A stretch of DNA of 64,000 nucleotides from an uncultured Nitrososphaerota archaeon (GCA_963838925.1 CAWISW010000003.1:320001-384000), one strand, 5' to 3'. Positions 29,807-40,311 are shown, numbered from the stretch's first letter. Notes: generated by a model from the letters alone, not told the origin. Numbers and translations: made by a program.

Positions 29807-31135
29807 TCAGAAGCTCGTTATCTTCGCCTGCGTCAGCTCCCTCGAGATGAGCACCGACGAGCCCTTCCACTTCTTGGACGGGATCCTCATCTTCGCGAGC
29901 GCCGCGGCGAGGGCTGGCTGGAACGAGTCGAACTTCGCAGGCCTCTGCCTCATCAGCTCCCTGATGCTCTCCCTCACGTTCCACACTCCCAGCGGCATTA
30001 TGTATCCGGGGTAGGTCTCGCGAAGGACGATGGCCGCGGCCTGCCTCCTCTCCTCCTCCAGGGCCTCCGCGACAGCGAGCCTCGTCGAGTAATAGCACCC
30101 GCCGACCTTGGCGTAGGTGCGCCTGCCGAAGTGCTCCTCAAAGTCGCCGATGATGTATGGCTCCTTCGACGACTGGTTCCACGTCGTGTTGGGGAACCAC
30201 GCCTCGATCCACTCGAACCTCCAAGGCTCTGGCAGGAGGATCGCGACGTATTGGTTGTCGTACACGCTGTAGCTGTAGACCCGGTACTCGTCGATGGTCT
30301 GGAACCCCTTGACCTTCTCCATGAGCTTCGCGCTAATGGTGCTGTCCACCGCGGTGATGCTCCACCTCGTCGGGACGAGCCTGCGCCTCGCCCCCTCCCC
30401 GAACATCCCGATGCTCAGGGCCCTCTGGATCCGCGTCACCATGATGCCGTCTCTGTAGAGCGAGAAGATCGCCTCCGACGCCTTCAGGTCCCGGTCGTAG
30501 TAGGGCTTCTCGATTCGCCTTTCCACGGTGACGTTGGAGGTCTTGAACTTCTCCATCGGAGCGGAGGGCCCGAAGGGCTGGGTGTCCTCGCTGAGCGTGA
30601 GGACTTTCCGCGGGGCCTTTGAGAGCCTCAGCTCTGAGTCCACGGGCTTGGCGGCCATGGAGAGTTCCTGCAGCTGCTGGAGAGTCCTCCCGGGGTTGCC
30701 AGCGTCCTCCACGTTCGCCCTCGTGTTGCCCCGCACGAGCGAGTACCTGTAGTCGACGATTGTTTCGAGGGGCCTCCCGAGCCAGAACTCCGGCGTGTCC
30801 ATGATTGAAGTATCACCGTATTGCGGCGGCACCATCGGTCCTATCGAGACCTTGGGGTATCCTATCCTGCCCACGAATACGCCCGGCGGGGACGACCCTG
30901 CGATGTTGTCGGTGTAAGAATAGTTCGACCGTCCGATCGCCTCAGCCTTCACGATTATCGGACAGCGCGGCTTGCCGCAGAGGAGCTTCGCGCCGCGACA
31001 CTGAAGGCACATCCATGCCGGAGGCGACTCCACGACCTCGATTGAGCGCGCGACCTCCTCGAACCCAATCTTTTCAGTGGCTATCACGTTCGAAAGCCAT
31101 GTGACACGTCTCGGCGCCAGATGAAACCATCCCAA
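29807..31135 (-). CDS. nreA: Archaeal DNA repair protein Nre (start uncertain)
   Basis: C..C.G...LCG...CP, GSSPPGVFVG, RLVPTRWSITAVD, GVWNVRE, C-terminal PIP box QAKITSF. Confidence 0.92.
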   Translation of the reverse strand: MGWFHLAPRRVTWLSNVIATEKIGFEEVARSIEVVESPPAWMCLQCRGAKLLCGKPRCPIIVKAEAIGRSNYSYTDNIAGSSPPGVFVGRIGYPKVSIGPMVPPQYGDTSIMDTPEFWLGRPLETIVDYRYSLVRGNTRANVEDAGNPGRTLQQLQELSMAAKPVDSELRLSKAPRKVLTLSEDTQPFGPSAPMEKFKTSNVTVERRIEKPYYDRDLKASEAIFSLYRDGIMVTRIQRALSIGMFGEGARRRLVPTRWSITAVDSTISAKLMEKVKGFQTIDEYRVYSYSVYDNQYVAILLPEPWRFEWIEAWFPNTTWNQSSKEPYIIGDFEEHFGRRTYAKVGGCYYSTRLAVAEALEEERRQAAAIVLRETYPGYIMPLGVWNVRESIRELMRQRPAKFDSFQPALAAALAKMRIPSKKWKGSSVLISRELTQAKITSF

Positions 31136-31215
31136 AATCTTGGCTTGGCGCTCTTAAACTCTAGGCCCGAACAACGGGTCACCGATAAATAGAGACCGTC
31201 AATTTCGAGGAGAAG

Positions 31216-32472
31216 ATGCCCAAGTTCGCGCATCTGTCAGATATCCACATCGGGGCCTTTAGGCAGCCGGAGCTGAGGGAGCTTCTACTTACTGCCTTCG
31301 ACCTGGCGATCGACAAGTGCATCGACGAGAAAGTCGACTTCGTAGTGATAGCCGGTGACGCATTCGACTCCAACATCCCTGACCTTTCGTCAGTCAAGCG
31401 TGCCGTTGCGAAAATGCGCGAAGCCAAGGAGAAAGGGATCGCGTTCTACGTCGTCTACGGTAGCCATGATTCCAGTCCCAACTACTCATCGATTGTGGAC
31501 GTGCTGGAGAGCGCTGGACTTCTCACCAAGATCGAGAAGGTGACCAAGAGGGAAGACGGAAAGCTCGACCTGGCCTTCACGGTAGACCCTTCCGGGGCGA
31601 AGCTCTGCGGCATCTCCGGGAAGAAGCTAGGCTTGGACAGGCTGGACTATGAGCTCCTCGACAAAGAAAAGCTCGAGAAAGAGGACGGCTTCAAGATATT
31701 CGTCTTTCATGGGGCACTCGAGGAGTACAAGCCGCACGACCTCTCAATGATGGAGGCGATGTCGGTGTTGCAGCTCCCAGAGGGATTCGACTATTACGCC
31801 GGCGGGCACATTCACCAAAGGTCGGTCAGTTCATTGAAGGGCAGGCGCAACATCGCGTACCCTGGCCCTCTATTCGGAACTGACTTCAGGGACTTGGAAT
31901 CCATCGCTAAGGGCAACGACGCCGGTTTCTACATCGTGGACTTCGACTCCGAAGTTCGGCGGGTCAGGTTCATAGAAGTCACTCCGTGCCGAATAACTGA
32001 GCTAGAGTTTTCCGCGCAAGGGAAGAGCGCGGTCCAAGCGTATGGCGCGTTGCAGGACTTGGTGAAAAGAGCCAAGGTCGAGGGTCAGGTGGTTCTGCTC
32101 AAGGTCCAAGGTGAACTCTCACAAGGAAGGACCTCGGACATTGATTTTGGAGCCATACGAAAGCATGTCCTCGCGCAACGACCGATCAGTCTCTTGCTAA
32201 GCTCCAGTCAGCTCACCTCTCGGGAGCAATCGGCCGCAGAGGGCACAAGACCTATCTCTCCTTCATTGACTGAAAGGGAGACCTTCGAGCAGAGGATTTC
32301 AGCAGTCAAAAGTCCCGAACCTCGACTGCGGGGAGAGAGAGGCGTGCAGCTCTCACTGTCCCTCCTAAAGGCACTGAAGGACGAGAGGCGGGAGAACGAG
32401 CTGAAGCCTGACTACCAGTCTAGGATCGAGAAGGCTGGAGTCGACATCCTTGAGCTGGAGAAGAGTTCCTGA
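31216..32472 (+). CDS. mre11: Mre11 nuclease
   Basis: DIHIG, AGDAFD, GSHD, GGHIH, YPG. Confidence 0.92.
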   Translation: MPKFAHLSDIHIGAFRQPELRELLLTAFDLAIDKCIDEKVDFVVIAGDAFDSNIPDLSSVKRAVAKMREAKEKGIAFYVVYGSHDSSPNYSSIVDVLESAGLLTKIEKVTKREDGKLDLAFTVDPSGAKLCGISGKKLGLDRLDYELLDKEKLEKEDGFKIFVFHGALEEYKPHDLSMMEAMSVLQLPEGFDYYAGGHIHQRSVSSLKGRRNIAYPGPLFGTDFRDLESIAKGNDAGFYIVDFDSEVRRVRFIEVTPCRITELEFSAQGKSAVQAYGALQDLVKRAKVEGQVVLLKVQGELSQGRTSDIDFGAIRKHVLAQRPISLLLSSSQLTSREQSAAEGTRPISPSLTERETFEQRISAVKSPEPRLRGERGVQLSLSLLKALKDERRENELKPDYQSRIEKAGVDILELEKSS

Positions 32473-34508
32473 TGCTGCTTCGTGAGATTTCCATCAAGAA
32501 CATCCGGAGCTATAACGATGATGCGGAGACGCTCGTAGAATTCCCCGAAGGCGTGGTGCTCTTCGAGGGGGACGTCGGCTCCGGAAAGTCGTCCATCCTC
32601 TACGCTGTAGAATTCGCATTGTTCGGGACCGCGGAAGTCAGCGGCAAGAACCTACTGAGCGAGGGAAAACAAAGTGGGCATGTCAGACTAAAGTTCAGCG
32701 TCAACGGGAAGGAACTTGAAGTCCGGCGCGGACTCATCAGGAAGAAGGAGAGCGTCGCCCAAGAGAAGTGCTACATCGTCGAGGATGGCAAGAAGACGGA
32801 CCTCTCGCCTGCGGACCTGAAGGAACGGGTCATCGGCCTGATGAAGTTCAACGAGCCTTCAAACCCTAGGGCCGAGAGCCTAGTGTACAGGTTCGCCGTT
32901 TTTACCCCACAGGAGCAAATGAAAGACATCATCCTGAGGGACACCGAGGACAGGCTCAGGGTCCTCCGGAGGGTTCTGGGCATTTCAGAGTACCAACTAG
33001 CCGCCGAGAACTCCTCTCTAGTCGAACAGCGGATAAAGAACGATGCTTACGTGTTGAAGAAGTCCAGCGAAGATCTTGAGGAGAAGGAGTCGCAGGCATC
33101 GGCGCTCTCAGCCGAGATAGCCACGCTTGAGAAGCGGCTACCCATCCTCGAAGGGTTGTTGTCCGCCGCCAAGGAAGAACTCGAGAGGCTGGAGTCCGAG
33201 TCGAAGGAGCTCGTCTCTAAGAGGGAGGTCGTCAGCAACGTCGCAAGCAAAGTCCCCGCCCTCGAGAAGAACATGAAGATGCTTTCGAAAGCAGCGAGTG
33301 ATGCCTTAGACAAGGCAGACCGGCTCGAAGCAAGGCTGAACGACCAGTATGTCCCGTTCATAGATGAATTTGAAAGAAGGAAGCCACCGAGCGAGATGAG
33401 TTCGGATGCCATTGCCGAAGAGGTAGCTAGAAAGAGAGACGAGCGCGGAGAGAAGACGGCCACTCTGCGCGTGATGCAGAGCGAGTTCAAGGGGACTGAA
33501 GAGCTGCTCCGCGGCGGCAAGTGTCCTCGATGCGGGCAGAAGATAGACCACGACCAGTTCGGTGGCAAGGCAGTCCATCTGGCTTCAGAGATTGAAAAGA
33601 CCCAGGCAGAGCTCGTGCTGCTGAAAGAGAAGTGCGACATCATGGAGTCGCTTCAAAGACAGGTCGCGAATTACGAGAAGGACAAGGAAAAGTTCACTAC
33701 TTATTCGAAAGAGAAGACCAACATAAGGCGCGACATTTCCGAACTGAGGCAACAGGTCTGGTCGTTTCAGGCCGAACTGCTCAAGTCGACTCGCGATTTG
33801 GAAGCGGCCAAGAAAGAAGAAGAGAAACTCAAGGCGCTCGCTCAAGAGATCGTCGAGCTGGAGCGCGTCCTCGATTCAGGCCGGAGAAAAAGAGACGATG
33901 CCAATCTCAACTTGCAGAGGGCGATGGCACAGAAGGACGCCAAGAACGAACAACTGGAGAGCGTAAGCGTCGAACTCGGGAAGAAGAGATGGATGAGGGT
34001 CGAGGCTCAGAGACTTGGCGGTTATCAGTCGTGGCTCTCGGACTACTTCAGGCCGGCGGTAGAACAGATTGAACAGCAGACTTTCATGCAGATGAACTCG
34101 CGCTTCAATCACCACTTCCAGAGGCTCTTCTCCTCAATGGTCGATGATAACGGCATCTCGGTCCGAGTCGATGAAAAATTCTCCCCTGTTCTGGAAAGGC
34201 AGGGGTTCGAACAGGAATACGAAGCCCTCAGCGGAGGAGAGAGGACAAGCGTGGCCCTGGCTTACAGGCTTGCACTAAATGCGATCGTGCAGGAGACTGG
34301 TGCCTCGGGAACCGGAGAGCTCGTGATACTCGATGAACCGACCGAAGGCTTCAGCAAAGAGCAGATCCACAAGATGAGGGACATCCTTGTCGAGCTCAGG
34401 TCCAAGCAAGTAGTAATCGTCTCCCATGAGAAAGAACTCGAATCGATGGCTTCCCACGTCTTCCGAGTCCAGACGGTGAACGGGACTTCGACGGTCAGAC
34501 AGGCGTAG
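32472..34508 (+). CDS. rad50: Rad50 ATPase (short, 678 aa)
   Basis: GDVGSGKSS, Q-loop, central CPRC hook, LSGGE, ILDEPT, SH. Confidence 0.92.
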   Translation: MLLREISIKNIRSYNDDAETLVEFPEGVVLFEGDVGSGKSSILYAVEFALFGTAEVSGKNLLSEGKQSGHVRLKFSVNGKELEVRRGLIRKKESVAQEKCYIVEDGKKTDLSPADLKERVIGLMKFNEPSNPRAESLVYRFAVFTPQEQMKDIILRDTEDRLRVLRRVLGISEYQLAAENSSLVEQRIKNDAYVLKKSSEDLEEKESQASALSAEIATLEKRLPILEGLLSAAKEELERLESESKELVSKREVVSNVASKVPALEKNMKMLSKAASDALDKADRLEARLNDQYVPFIDEFERRKPPSEMSSDAIAEEVARKRDERGEKTATLRVMQSEFKGTEELLRGGKCPRCGQKIDHDQFGGKAVHLASEIEKTQAELVLLKEKCDIMESLQRQVANYEKDKEKFTTYSKEKTNIRRDISELRQQVWSFQAELLKSTRDLEAAKKEEEKLKALAQEIVELERVLDSGRRKRDDANLNLQRAMAQKDAKNEQLESVSVELGKKRWMRVEAQRLGGYQSWLSDYFRPAVEQIEQQTFMQMNSRFNHHFQRLFSSMVDDNGISVRVDEKFSPVLERQGFEQEYEALSGGERTSVALAYRLALNAIVQETGASGTGELVILDEPTEGFSKEQIHKMRDILVELRSKQVVIVSHEKELESMASHVFRVQTVNGTSTVRQA

Positions 34509-34599
34509 TCCGCCAGGTCAGGTATCAGCCGGCGTGGGCAGTCAGATACGCTTAACTCTCAGGCAGGAGATGGAAGCACCCGGCGCTCGGGGTGGAAAA

Positions 34600-35394
34600 G
34601 TGGTAAACATCAGTCCCGCGACGGTGCCGATTCTTGAGGCCTTCGAAAGGAACGAGGGCTGCGTCCTCTGCTCCCTCTGGCTGAAGGACGAGTTCCAGAG
34701 CATGGAGTTCGTGGAGGACAACGAGGTGTCGATGGACCAGGCCTTCCGCCGGGACGTCGCAGACTCGTCGGGCTTCTGCAACAGGCACATGCACGTCCTC
34801 TACAGGGCAGTCTTCGGGGGCGGGATACCCGACGGCCTGGGATACGCGATGTACGCGCAGGACAGCGTCGAGAAGTTCCACGAGACCATCCAATCGGTGT
34901 ACGCGTCCTACCAGAACGTGGGAAAGAACTCTTGGAACGTCCTCGCCAAGGAGAGGACCCCCCAGGCGGTGATCGAGTCGTCCGCCGGCAAGTTCGAAAA
35001 GATGCTCCAGGGCAGTAGGATCTGCGAGATCTGCAGGAGGATGCTGCTCGCCGACGGCAGGCGGACTAGGACTTTCGTCGACATGCTGGGGCACGAAGAT
35101 TTCGCGGAAAAGTTCTCAAAGTCGGGGCGCCTCTGCTTCCCCCACTTCGTCACCTCGATCCAGATGGTCCCGACGCGGCGGGTCAAGAAGAAGGTCGTGG
35201 CAGCGCTCCTGGTCGAGACGGAGCTCAGGTGCCTGAAGGAGGTCGACAACCTGCTCGCGGACGGGGGGAAGGCCTCGCCCGAGATGGCGGCTATGATGAT
35301 TGCTGGGGTGGAGGGGCTCTACAGCGTCACCAAGAAGAGCTCCAACCCGATGACCTCGGGCATGGCCGAGAGCCGGAGCAAAGGGAGCAAGTAA
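34600..35394 (+). CDS. DUF6062-like Cys/His zinc-binding protein, paralog 1
   Basis: GCVLC, GFCNRH, CEIC, LCFPHF. Confidence 0.75.
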   Translation: MVNISPATVPILEAFERNEGCVLCSLWLKDEFQSMEFVEDNEVSMDQAFRRDVADSSGFCNRHMHVLYRAVFGGGIPDGLGYAMYAQDSVEKFHETIQSVYASYQNVGKNSWNVLAKERTPQAVIESSAGKFEKMLQGSRICEICRRMLLADGRRTRTFVDMLGHEDFAEKFSKSGRLCFPHFVTSIQMVPTRRVKKKVVAALLVETELRCLKEVDNLLADGGKASPEMAAMMIAGVEGLYSVTKKSSNPMTSGMAESRSKGSK

Positions 35395-35399
35395 CGCCA

Positions 35400-36206
35400 A
35401 TGGCCACCACGACGAGCATGACGAGCGAGATCTCGGACGCCTTCAGCAAGGGGACGCGAGGGTGCCCGTTTTGCGCCCTCTGGACGCGCGAGGAGGCTTC
35501 AATGACGGAGGGCATCAGGAGGGACGACCTCTCGGCCGACCCCAAGCTCAAGGACAGGCTTGTGACCTCTTCAGGATTCTGCAACAGGCACACACACGCC
35601 ATCCACAAGGCGACCACTGCAGCGAACGTGCAGGTCGGCCTGGGGTGCCCCGAGTGCGCTCAGGTCGTGCTGAAGAAGTTCGAGGACAACATCGCCCCCC
35701 TACTCGCCAGCCTGCAGTCGGGCAAGGCGCCCGTGGAGTCTGGGAAAGAGCCCGAGGAAGACCCCCTTAGGGCCACAATCTCAACCCTCGAGAAGACGAT
35801 CAGCGGAGGCGCGATGTGCCCCGTCTGCGAGAAACTGCTAGAGTCCGACAAGGCCAGAGTCACCAGCCTACTTCAGATGCTGGGGAGCAAGGACTTCGCA
35901 GAGCTCTACGCAAAGTCCGAAGCGATTTGCATGCCGCACTTTGTGACCGCGATGCAGCTTCTCGCGGGATCCTCTGCGAAGGGCATCGAGGGGACATGGG
36001 CGCTTCTGGTCAAGACGGAGCTCGCGCGCCTGGCGTCGGTCGACAACCTTCTCAACGAGCGCATGAAGAAGTACTCGTGGGACTTTAGAGATGAGGGGAT
36101 AACTCCCGAGGAGGCCACAGCGCAGAAGACCGGCATGCTCGCGATAGTCGGAGTCGAAGGCCTGTTTGGCAGGCAGCGGAAGACGTCCCTCCGCCCCGCC
36201 AAGTGA
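35400..36206 (+). CDS. DUF6062-like Cys/His zinc-binding protein, paralog 2
   Basis: GCPFC, GFCNRH, CPVC, ICMPHF, YSWDFRDE. Confidence 0.75.
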   Translation: MATTTSMTSEISDAFSKGTRGCPFCALWTREEASMTEGIRRDDLSADPKLKDRLVTSSGFCNRHTHAIHKATTAANVQVGLGCPECAQVVLKKFEDNIAPLLASLQSGKAPVESGKEPEEDPLRATISTLEKTISGGAMCPVCEKLLESDKARVTSLLQMLGSKDFAELYAKSEAICMPHFVTAMQLLAGSSAKGIEGTWALLVKTELARLASVDNLLNERMKKYSWDFRDEGITPEEATAQKTGMLAIVGVEGLFGRQRKTSLRPAK

Positions 36207-36233
36207 CAGGCCCCCGTTCCTCCTAGGACAGGC

Positions 36234-38234
36234 TCAGCCGAGCGTCACGGTCGCGAGCGTCGAGAAGCTTGCGAGGTCGCTCGCCATCACCTCGTCCTGC
36301 GAGATGGTGTAGAGGGCGTTCCCGATGATGACGGTCCTCTCGATGTCGTGGCCGCCGCTGCCGCCGTAGTATGAACCTGGGCCCGTCCCCTGCGCGTACT
36401 GCGTCACCGTCCCTAGCAGGTTGAAGCCGCTAGGCGACACGCCCAGGACGTAGGCGCCCTGCCAGACCTCCTGACCGTAGGGAGGAGGGCTCCCCGGAGG
36501 CGACGTCTGGCTGCCCTGGACCTTGTACAGGTCGACCGGGATCACCGTGACGTTCCTCGACGAGTCGAAGGTGAACGCCAGGTGGTTGGTGAGCACCGGA
36601 GAATCAGTCCCCCTGTCACCAATCAGGAAGTTGGCGACCTCAGTCGAGCTCCCGTCGCTCCCGATTTGGAAGAGCGAGAGCTTCAGCCCGAGGTAGTACG
36701 CGAAGTTCCCGGTAGTGGACGCAACCGTGTCCTTCCCCACCCCGATCAGGTACGAGCTGCCGAAGGGGTAGAGATAGTCGGAGAACCCGGACGTCGTCTT
36801 CAGGGCGCTCGTGATGACGGGGTTGGTCGCGTTCTGGAACGAGATGTCGAAGAGCGGGTCTACCTGCTCGAAGGTTACCACGTAGCCCACGGCGCCCGAG
36901 AACAGGACCGAGTAGATGTTCTCGCCTGGGGCGATGTTGCGCAGGGCCCCCATCTGCGTGAAGTTCTGGTCGAGGACGTAGACGTCGTCGCTCCTAGAGC
37001 TCGTCCCGTTGACAGAGACGGCCCTGCTCGTAGCGACCCTGAAGTACCCGTTGTACTCGTCCATCGAGTACTGATTGAGGACGACTCCGGGGAAGAAGCC
37101 CGCGGCCTTGACGGAGATCTGCCCGGAGGAGTACGCGACGCGGAAGACTGTGCTGTTCTGCGGCTGGCCGTTTCCTTGGCCGCCGAAGATGTCGCCCGCT
37201 ATGCCGTCAGCGTAGTATGAGGGATAGTTGGGGTAGACCACGTAGATGTTGGTGGCCGAGGCGTAGACCGTCGAGGCGGGCCCCGTGAGAACTGCCACGG
37301 CCTGTTGGGCGCCCGTGGTCATCGACATGCTCATGACCATCGTGTACACGCTCACCTGGCTCTTGTTGGGGGTATAGTACGTGGACCCGGGCGAGAGGAC
37401 CGAGGTCACTCCCTGCTCAACCACTGTCGGGTTCTGGGCTGTCACGTTCCCGCTGCTGCTCACGAAGGACGGCTGCTGGACTATCTCGTAGAGGTATCCC
37501 TGAGAAATCCTTGCGGCGACGTGGCTGCCGCTCACGCTGATCGAGTTTAGGAGGCTAGGAGCGCTCGGGTTCGCAAGGTCGTAGAGCCTCAGATTGACGG
37601 ACGAGTTCAGGTTGCTCTGCGCCACGACCGCGAGCCTCTGGGGCGCGATGGCGATTCCCAGAATCTGGGAGGTGGGCAGCCTAATGGTCGATACTATCGA
37701 CATCGAGCTAGCCGGCTGAGTCTGGATTATCGCGACTGTCTGGGAGGACGCGACGTAGAGGTAGGTCCCGTCGGTCTTCACCGTGTCGAGCTCGTCCACC
37801 CCTTGGACTTGGTCGTTCGTCATCGTGTAGCCCGAACTAGATGTGGTACCCGCCGCTTCGGGCGCTGCAGCCACGGTCGTCGTGGAGGCGGTCATCGTCA
37901 TCGTCGTCATGGCCCCCATGACGGTCGTAGTGCCCATCATCACACCGGGAAAGTTGAGGGAGTTCTCGTACTGCTGCACGCTCTTCGCGTTGGCGGTGAT
38001 GAACTGGTGGAGCTCAGCGTAGGTCTGGAAGGAATTCAAAGTCCCCGGAGTCGCGATTCCGGGGGCGATCACCGGACCAGTCGCCGGTGGGTTTGCCATT
38101 GGGGTTGAAACAGGAGGACTCGGACTCGCGTTGCGCGGGAACCAAAGCAAGGCCGCCCCCGTCATGATAAGCACGAGGACTGCGGCCCAGGCCGCTTCTT
38201 CGCGTCCGACGCCACGCCTCTGACTTGTTTGCAT
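36234..38234 (-). CDS. Secreted beta-propeller protein (Beta_propel/PF09826-like)
   Basis: TNDQVQGVDELDTVKTDG, LNQYSMDEY.GYFRVAT, GENIYS..F, VTFEQVDPLF, GFSDYL.P. Confidence 0.88.
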   Translation of the reverse strand: MQTSQRRGVGREEAAWAAVLVLIMTGAALLWFPRNASPSPPVSTPMANPPATGPVIAPGIATPGTLNSFQTYAELHQFITANAKSVQQYENSLNFPGVMMGTTTVMGAMTTMTMTASTTTVAAAPEAAGTTSSSGYTMTNDQVQGVDELDTVKTDGTYLYVASSQTVAIIQTQPASSMSIVSTIRLPTSQILGIAIAPQRLAVVAQSNLNSSVNLRLYDLANPSAPSLLNSISVSGSHVAARISQGYLYEIVQQPSFVSSSGNVTAQNPTVVEQGVTSVLSPGSTYYTPNKSQVSVYTMVMSMSMTTGAQQAVAVLTGPASTVYASATNIYVVYPNYPSYYADGIAGDIFGGQGNGQPQNSTVFRVAYSSGQISVKAAGFFPGVVLNQYSMDEYNGYFRVATSRAVSVNGTSSRSDDVYVLDQNFTQMGALRNIAPGENIYSVLFSGAVGYVVTFEQVDPLFDISFQNATNPVITSALKTTSGFSDYLYPFGSSYLIGVGKDTVASTTGNFAYYLGLKLSLFQIGSDGSSTEVANFLIGDRGTDSPVLTNHLAFTFDSSRNVTVIPVDLYKVQGSQTSPPGSPPPYGQEVWQGAYVLGVSPSGFNLLGTVTQYAQGTGPGSYYGGSGGHDIERTVIIGNALYTISQDEVMASDLASFSTLATVTLG

Positions 38235-38326
38235 GGACTTGCCATGTCGCACAGGGCACATGATGCTACGCTAGAGAACACGCGTTCTAAGGGGCAGAAC
38301 AGGCCGAACGGAGGCTAGATTGGCCC

Positions 38327-38354
38327 CCGGTGGAGGGCATTTCCCTCCAACCGG
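38327..38354. other. Strong hairpin immediately 3' of RNase P RNA
   Basis: CCGG-TGGAGGG-CATTT-CCCTCCA-A-CCGG. Confidence 0.5.
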
Positions 38355-38363
38355 AGTCAGTAT

Positions 38364-38656
38364 GACGCGTGTCGGTCGTAGTCCTCCTCTTGTTCTAGGC
38401 GGGATTCAGCTAAGCGGCCTACCTTGGCCTGGTGCAGGCGCGTCGTCGACCATGTTCGGCCTTGCTCTGCACGGGTCAGCCGTTTCATCCCGCTTCCGCC
38501 GACCTCGGGATTTCTCCGTCATCGCCCTAGACGGGGCGGGTGTCGTTTCTGTTCTGTTGCCAGCCGTCTCCAGCTACGCCTCTCGGCGTCGTGCATCCTG
38601 CAGTGAGGGAGGAACTTCCCCAGGAGACCCCCGTGGCCCACCCACCGACTCACGTC
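38364..38656 (-). ncRNA. rnpB: RNase P RNA
   Basis: Minus strand GGGGAAGTTCCTCC (CR-I), AACAGAAACG (CR-II), GGATGAAACGG (CR-III), GAGCAAG, GCTTAGCTGAAT (CR-IV), ACAAGAGGAGGACTA (CR-V) with P4 and terminal P1 pairing. Confidence 0.93.
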
Positions 38657-38735
38657 GTCCGCTAAACGCACTTGATTCGGAATTAAGTGTTTCGCGCAAC
38701 GCAGCTCCCGGTCGAAGCCAACGAAATCAGACTCC

Positions 38736-39296
38736 CTAGGGCGTAAACACGCCTGCGAATGGTGCGAAGGCCGTATTGTTTCCAATGCCCACTCTAATCT
38801 GAATGCCCCCATACAGTTTTTCGCCCACTAAAGGAGTGCATGGGCTGCAACCTGCGGTGAAGTTGGCCCCTATTGATGAAACCGTAGCATTGACAGTCGC
38901 CCACTGTCCGTATGAAAGGACAGCCGACGGCGAGCTTGTGCAACCGTCCGCAGCGGTCGATGTTGTTCCGTAGGTCAATTCCATACATCCTTCGCTATGA
39001 CCTATGGTTACGGTGCTGCTAAGAGCCGTGCTATAGACAAGCAGAGTGCAAGAGGTATGACTGATACTGCATCCCATCAGACCCACTGACACTTCGGTAA
39101 CCGGAACCGTATACGTTCCGATGGTCTCAATGGTGGTAGTGTAGGTTGTAGTCTGGACTGAAGTTGCTGTGACTGTCATTGCAGCGGCTCCTGAAGCATA
39201 GGCAATCAGCCCGCCCAGAATTAGCCCAATCATGAGGGCGCTGCTTACTGTCACGATGAGCACTGGCCCTCTGGTCCGAGTAGGTTTACTGCTCAA
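38736..39296 (-). CDS. Secreted Thr/Cys-rich hypothetical protein
   Basis: N-terminal TM, Thr-rich stalk, six Cys, AT-rich codons. Confidence 0.7.
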   Translation of the reverse strand: MSSKPTRTRGPVLIVTVSSALMIGLILGGLIAYASGAAAMTVTATSVQTTTYTTTIETIGTYTVPVTEVSVGLMGCSISHTSCTLLVYSTALSSTVTIGHSEGCMELTYGTTSTAADGCTSSPSAVLSYGQWATVNATVSSIGANFTAGCSPCTPLVGEKLYGGIQIRVGIGNNTAFAPFAGVFTP

Positions 39297-39344
39297 GATA
39301 ATTCAGAGATGAAAAAAGGGCTCTTAGGAGCGATTAATAGTTTG

Positions 39345-39872
39345 TCAGAACCTGCTTCCCCGTTCTGGTACGCGGAGCTGCGGGAAGAAGCTCCGCTCGA
39401 TCTCCACCGCCTCCTGCTCGGACGACGCCCTGGAGTACTCCACGAGAGGGTCGTGGTTGAGAGTCAAGAAGGTCGGGCCCCACTTGTATATGTTGAGGAA
39501 ACGCACTGCTTCCTCCTCCTCGCCGAGTATGAACAAGGTAGCGGCGACAGCTTCCACCGAGCTCAGGATTCCTAGCCGCGAGTAGTTCGTCGGGTTGGCC
39601 GCCAAGAGGCCGGGGAGCCTCCTGTGCTTTCCGCCAATCTTCCTGAAAAAGACCTCCTGGGCGAGGTTCCACGAGCAGTCTATCGCAAGGATGGACTTGC
39701 ACATCTTGTCGATGGGGGTGAGCAGCTGGCCCGAGTAGGGGTTGAGCACGACCGTCGTGTTGGGGGCGTGGAACTTCCTGTTGACCTCCGTCGCCAGGCC
39801 CATGTGCACCATCTTCTTGGCGGTGCACTTCTCCGGGGCGTCCTGCCCGAAGTCGATAACGAAGACGTTCAA
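39345..39872 (-). CDS. tsr3: 16S rRNA aminocarboxypropyltransferase Tsr3
   Basis: QDAPEKCTAKK, IDCSW, RRLP.LLAANPTNY, YKWG.TFL.LN. Confidence 0.93.
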   Translation of the reverse strand: MNVFVIDFGQDAPEKCTAKKMVHMGLATEVNRKFHAPNTTVVLNPYSGQLLTPIDKMCKSILAIDCSWNLAQEVFFRKIGGKHRRLPGLLAANPTNYSRLGILSSVEAVAATLFILGEEEEAVRFLNIYKWGPTFLTLNHDPLVEYSRASSEQEAVEIERSFFPQLRVPERGSRF

Positions 39873-39949
39873 TCTCTGAGCAACCCTGATTGAGAAAGGT
39901 TGATGAAAGAGGTGCTAATATACATCGTGAGAGTACCACCTTGAGCAAC

Positions 39950-40309
39950 TTGGGGCACACCTTTGTGGAGGTGACCGTCTACGGTGGCGATCTCTCGGCA
40001 GGCAAGAGGGTGAGGCTGCTCGTTGACACGGGCTCGACGTACACCTGGATTAGAGGGACGCTGCTCGGGGAACTCTCCATAAGGCCAACCAAAGAAAGGA
40101 GCTTCAGGACGGTTGACCGTAGGATTCTCAAACGGCAAATCGGCGAGGCGGTCATCGACTACGCCGGAGAGAGGGTTACCGCGGTCGTGGTGTTCGCGGA
40201 AGAAGGAGATGAGGAGGTCATTGGCGTCCACACTCTCGAGGGCATGGGGATGGAATTCGAGCCCGTGGCGAACCAGTTGAGGAAGGTCGAGGCCATCCTG
40301 GCCGTCTAG
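39950..40309 (+). CDS. Clan AA aspartic protease (retropepsin-like, AF_0612 type)
   Basis: LLVDTGS, VIGVHTLEG. Confidence 0.85.
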   Translation: MGHTFVEVTVYGGDLSAGKRVRLLVDTGSTYTWIRGTLLGELSIRPTKERSFRTVDRRILKRQIGEAVIDYAGERVTAVVVFAEEGDEEVIGVHTLEGMGMEFEPVANQLRKVEAILAV

Positions 40310-40311
40310 CA

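Noticed and set aside
38320-38812. ORFs 38320-38739, 38424-38606 and 38519-38812
   Set aside because: They overlap the RNase P RNA gene.
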